Below the pieces are notes generated by a model that saw nothing but the letters and a program-made list of their open reading frames with translations, was not told the DNA's origin and ran no database searches. Made by a program: the position numbers and the translations under genes. Shown piece after piece: positions 59,890 through 64,000 of a stretch of 64,000 nucleotides of DNA. The stretch comes from Phoronis australis. Its lineage: Eukaryota; Animalia; Phoronida. Numbering within the stretch: the stretch's first letter is position 1; each line of letters opens with the position of its first letter. Location of the stretch: positions 591,059-655,058 of the forward strand of contig NMRA01000226.1 in NCBI GenBank assembly GCA_002633005.1. The letters run 5' to 3'.

Positions 59890-62800
59890 TAGGGTCTGTT
59901 CCATGAAAAATGACTGGAGATTCAGGACAGAAATTTGGTGTTGCGCACCCCACAACTATTTCAACTCACTTTCACAAAAGGCAAAGCGTGTTCTCAGTTC
60001 GACAGAGGTAGCACGAACAGAGTTAATAGGATATAAACACTCTACACTCTCCAATGTTATACTCTCATTTCTTGCCCTTACTTTATTGCAGTGGGTCGCA
60101 TCCGAGGTTTTAAGTCAAGACGTTTTGACAAATAAATCATGACTTTACAAGACAGTTTACTACAGTTGACTATTTAAAAGTCATTTAGTGTGGCAGTCCC
60201 AAAAATGTACACAGAAATTATATGAAATAAGAGCACAAGGGAATTGTATTATTGAAAGCTAATGATGGCTTTCTAATTTCAGACCAAATGCAACCAACAT
60301 TCATATGCTGTCCAGAATGACAATTTCTCATTTGAATATAATGTTTGTAATTAATATGCTCTGGACTTTCACTTGGTGCCAAAACACAACAATTTTTGTT
60401 CCTTGAATTAGTCAGTCATTTTTTCTAACCTTTTAACCTTACAAAACAAACTTTGGGTTTCTCTGAATGAAAAAACTGATTAGGTTCCAGTAGAATAAAT
60501 TTCTGGTACTCATATTACAACCTAGTTCACTTACATGTTGGGGAAACCCCGTAAACAATGGAAAATTGGTTGTCTCTAAACAGAATTCAGTGATAACAAC
60601 ACAACTTTTTCTAACCTTTAAACAAGTAAGTATTTTACTCTAAACTCACTCAATAGAAGTGCCAAAACTAATTTCAAGTCATACATACGGGATTTGTCAT
60701 TGGAATGATTTTATTGTTCAGTTTCAACATTGTGTGCAGTGCAGTCTTTTCATCGGTCAAGTCAACAAAACAATAGGGGGCAGCACTCCTGAAATAAATG
60801 TACCAATAACAGTTCAACAATAAAAAGCAGAGGCTAAAATGCATCTATTTTGAGAAGCCAGTCTGTAAATTTGAAACAGAAATGGGACTATTTGGTCATT
60901 GAGGCTAATAGAGACTTTTTAAAATAGATATGGCCTTGTCTAAAATAAAAAAGACGAATATTGCACTTAATTCTAACAAATTTAATCAGAAAGCTTCTAA
61001 AGGTAGAGAGTAGACATTTTCTCAACAAATGGCAAATTTTTCTAATCTTTGAAACAATTTTGTTCTTAAAAAACAGCTCAGAATGTAACATACCAAAAAT
61101 CTGTCAGAAATGGGTAATACAACACAGTGTAACATGCAGTCAGCCTGGATTAGTTTTCCACAAACTTCATTACATAAGGCATGGGAAAAACGTTAAATAC
61201 CTAACAGTCTACGCGATTCAAATTTGAAAGATGGATATTTGAAATACCTAAATCCCTGTAGCATTTTTGCTGAAAACGTAGGGTTTTTCAAGAAAACTTG
61301 ACTCTGGCATAACTTCTATGGATACATTTGAAATGTTTCCTGAGGTGTATTTTTATCCAACAAAATTCCCTAAAATTGAAAGCATTACTCGACTATAATT
61401 ACCAAAAAGTATCCACTTACATCTATCTCACAAATATCACGCCCTTGATACATAATTGAATTTATTAAATGCATTTACTGATGCCTATGACTATCATCAG
61501 ACAGCGTTTAATGGACTAAACCTTGATCCCAAGGTTTCATTTCGTTTGCTTGAACGCAACACAGAATTAAAGATCACGCAGACTGCATTTTGCAGATTTT
61601 CAAGACAACATACACGTGTTAAGTGAAGAGTTCAAAACCATGACCTGAATTGTTGATCATAAGCTCATTTTGCATTCAATTATGATTTTACAGATATTTC
61701 TCCGATTAAAAATTGAAGGTAACTGTAAACCAGTTCGGGAATTTTTTAAAAATTCAATATTCACATATCGTACAAGTTATACCTATATTTTTCACTGCTA
61801 CGGTAAGCATTATTCATCTGCTAAGTACGCGAGTTATCTTTATTGGCCACTTTCAGGCTTTTGGATTTTCTGTGCTTTAAGCAGTTTTGAATATCGATTA
61901 TTACTCAATTCGCAGGAGGTTGAGATTGAGAACATTGATTTTATGATTCCGATTTATTTTTCTTTGAGCATCATAGATATCAGCCATGAAGAATGAAGAC
62001 TTGCGATGAGGTTTGAAAAAGGCACTTTGATGGATAATGTCCAATAATAAACAAAAATCTGAGACACGGTTGCTCTCATTTAATTGAAGTTTTAGAATTT
62101 AATGTTTGAAGCAAAAATTTAATTCTCGCAAAAATCGCAGAGTTCATGCGATTACAAACGATTGCGTGATGTTTCATGAAATGAAATAAAAGTCTTTTCA
62201 ATCATTGAGGATTTAATAAACATACTTTCAAGGTTTGAACAGGAAAAGTTAAAAAGTTATTTGATGAAATGTGAAAGGATTTCACAAAGCTTGAACATCA
62301 CTTTAATGCCAGACATTTAGTTCACCAAATCTTCTTGAAATTTACCAGAGTGTTAAAAAGAACACAATTCAATGTAACTTTTATTTTCAATATTTTCTTG
62401 GTGTTATTTCTCATTATCATACTTTAATTAATTAAATCAATCATTGCAGCTTGTGTATCACACATATATAAGCCTCGATATAATGATACATTTTCTGGGC
62501 TTAATTCTTCGCACTGTTATTGCATTGCATTGTCTTATACATGTGTTGCAATAAAAATACAATTCTGAATGAACGCATGTGCACTTACTCATTTTTACGT
62601 ATCATTTTTACTTTCTTCACTTCAACACCCATCTGCTCAAATGCTGTTATGATAAACATTTCGTGCATATAAGGTTCCAACTAAAACAGAAGATTCAAGA
62701 AATAACGCATCAAGTTTCAGGCAAACAAATAAACAAATAGTTCCATGTTGTCAGCAGATAGTGGTTCAAACAAACAACAGTTGAGTACGGTAAAATCTCA

Positions 62801-64000
62801 TCAATTTCGAACAAAATAATTGCCAAAATTGAACTTTTTTATTTTTCAAGGGCTTCTAACATTGTTGTGAAAACCCAAAATTTTTCAAAATATGTTTGTT
62901 GGTAGTCATGGTTACGGTACAGAACTTAGATTTCGCAAACCATCAACCTACCTGGTAACTTTATAACATTCGTGGAAAAATGAGGTGAGAAATTCCACCT
63001 GTCCAGCAAGTTGCGTCCTAAATTGGTCACCATACTGACTAACAAGTCACAAATTTTATGATTATTTACTCACATGCTTATAGCACAAGTAATAACACCT
63101 TAGCTTTCATAACAAATTCGAATGGTTTGGCCTACAGAGGAGTCAGACAGTGCAGGATATGTGGCAGGCTTTGGCAAAATTTGTTTTTGACAATCCATTA
63201 CATATAACAATGAATGAACAGTACGACATGAAAAACATCGAACGACATTCACAAAATAACACTTAGCACCAAATTTTGCTGTTTGTGAATAAGCATCAAC
63301 ATTTTTCATCTACTCACGTAATTGCATAATGGACAAAAATGTGGGACACATCCCAAAAATTCTGATATTCATGTTAAAGCAACTACAATCCCACATTCCA
63401 TCCAAAAAGTTACTCTTCATTTAGGCCACCAATACTACTGCAATATTGGGATGAACTTGTTCTTTTCTCAGGTGAGAAATGATTTCTGAGAAGTGACACT
63501 TCCTTATTCACCCATGCTTGGCATATGATACACCACCGCAAGCCAATTTGCAGCTGAGCCTGATTTCAGACAATAACTGTCAATTCTTTCAAAATACTGA
63601 AATCATTTTCAGATGGAAGAAAGACCAATTTCATAATGGTCGGTGGTAAGGAAGGCCGTGGATTCATGTAGCTGCTTAAACAATGGTTTAATGTTATGCA
63701 CAAACACTGATTAATCAGTAGCGCACTCTGTAGACACAACGAGGAACTCATGAACAAGAGAACATGCAAGTGAGGCCTAGACAGGGTCTCCCATCAGTGC
63801 TGCCTCCTCTCAATATGTCTGGCAGACAGATGACCTCTTGATAACCCTCTGCATGTTTTTGTTTGACCTAGGCCCCACTGACTCTAATTTCCCTTGCAGA
63901 ATGAACATTTATCTGCACTGAAAAGATTTAAAGACAATTGCTTCCAAAGCTGTCCACATACACTGGAAAGGTAATGCACAATAGCAGCATTTTGATAGTT

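Noticed and set aside
59313-64000. Search for TRNAU1AP RRM1 exons, and for tRNA, snoRNA or miRNA genes
   Set aside because: No exon encoding RRM1 motifs and no recognisable RNA gene were found by eye; the 5' exons probably lie beyond the window.

Overview
This is an AT-rich, intron-rich animal (eukaryotic) window, probably from a marine invertebrate and possibly a non-vertebrate deuterostome (inference from gene content and repeat types). It has three single-N assembly gaps, at 13892, 47544 and 49545. Most ORFs in the supplied track are spurious. Manual GT-AG splicing with phase checks gives four genes. (1) A 5'-truncated, plus-strand, 7-exon gene for an uncharacterised multi-pass membrane protein with a TRP-like (fungal FLC/Pkd2-type) motif pattern, 1293-9444. 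(2) RNF220 E3 ligase on the minus strand, 12906-43155, with 9 visible coding exons and part of the RING lost in a gap. (3) A single-coding-exon Tctex1-domain dynein light chain (DYNLT4/5-like) on the plus strand, 51004-51582. (4) The 3' seven exons of TRNAU1AP/SECp43 on the minus strand, 51799-59312; its RRM1 exons were not found in the window. Introns contain several MITE families and minisatellites. The most notable observations are a probable full sense-antisense overlap of the TRNAU1AP 3'UTR with the Tctex gene, a long inverted repeat with degenerate hammerhead-like cores around a tRNA-like spacer, a dual-promoter/uORF layout at RNF220, a T-box-type palindrome in an RNF220 intron, and possible ancient RNF220-Tctex linkage.
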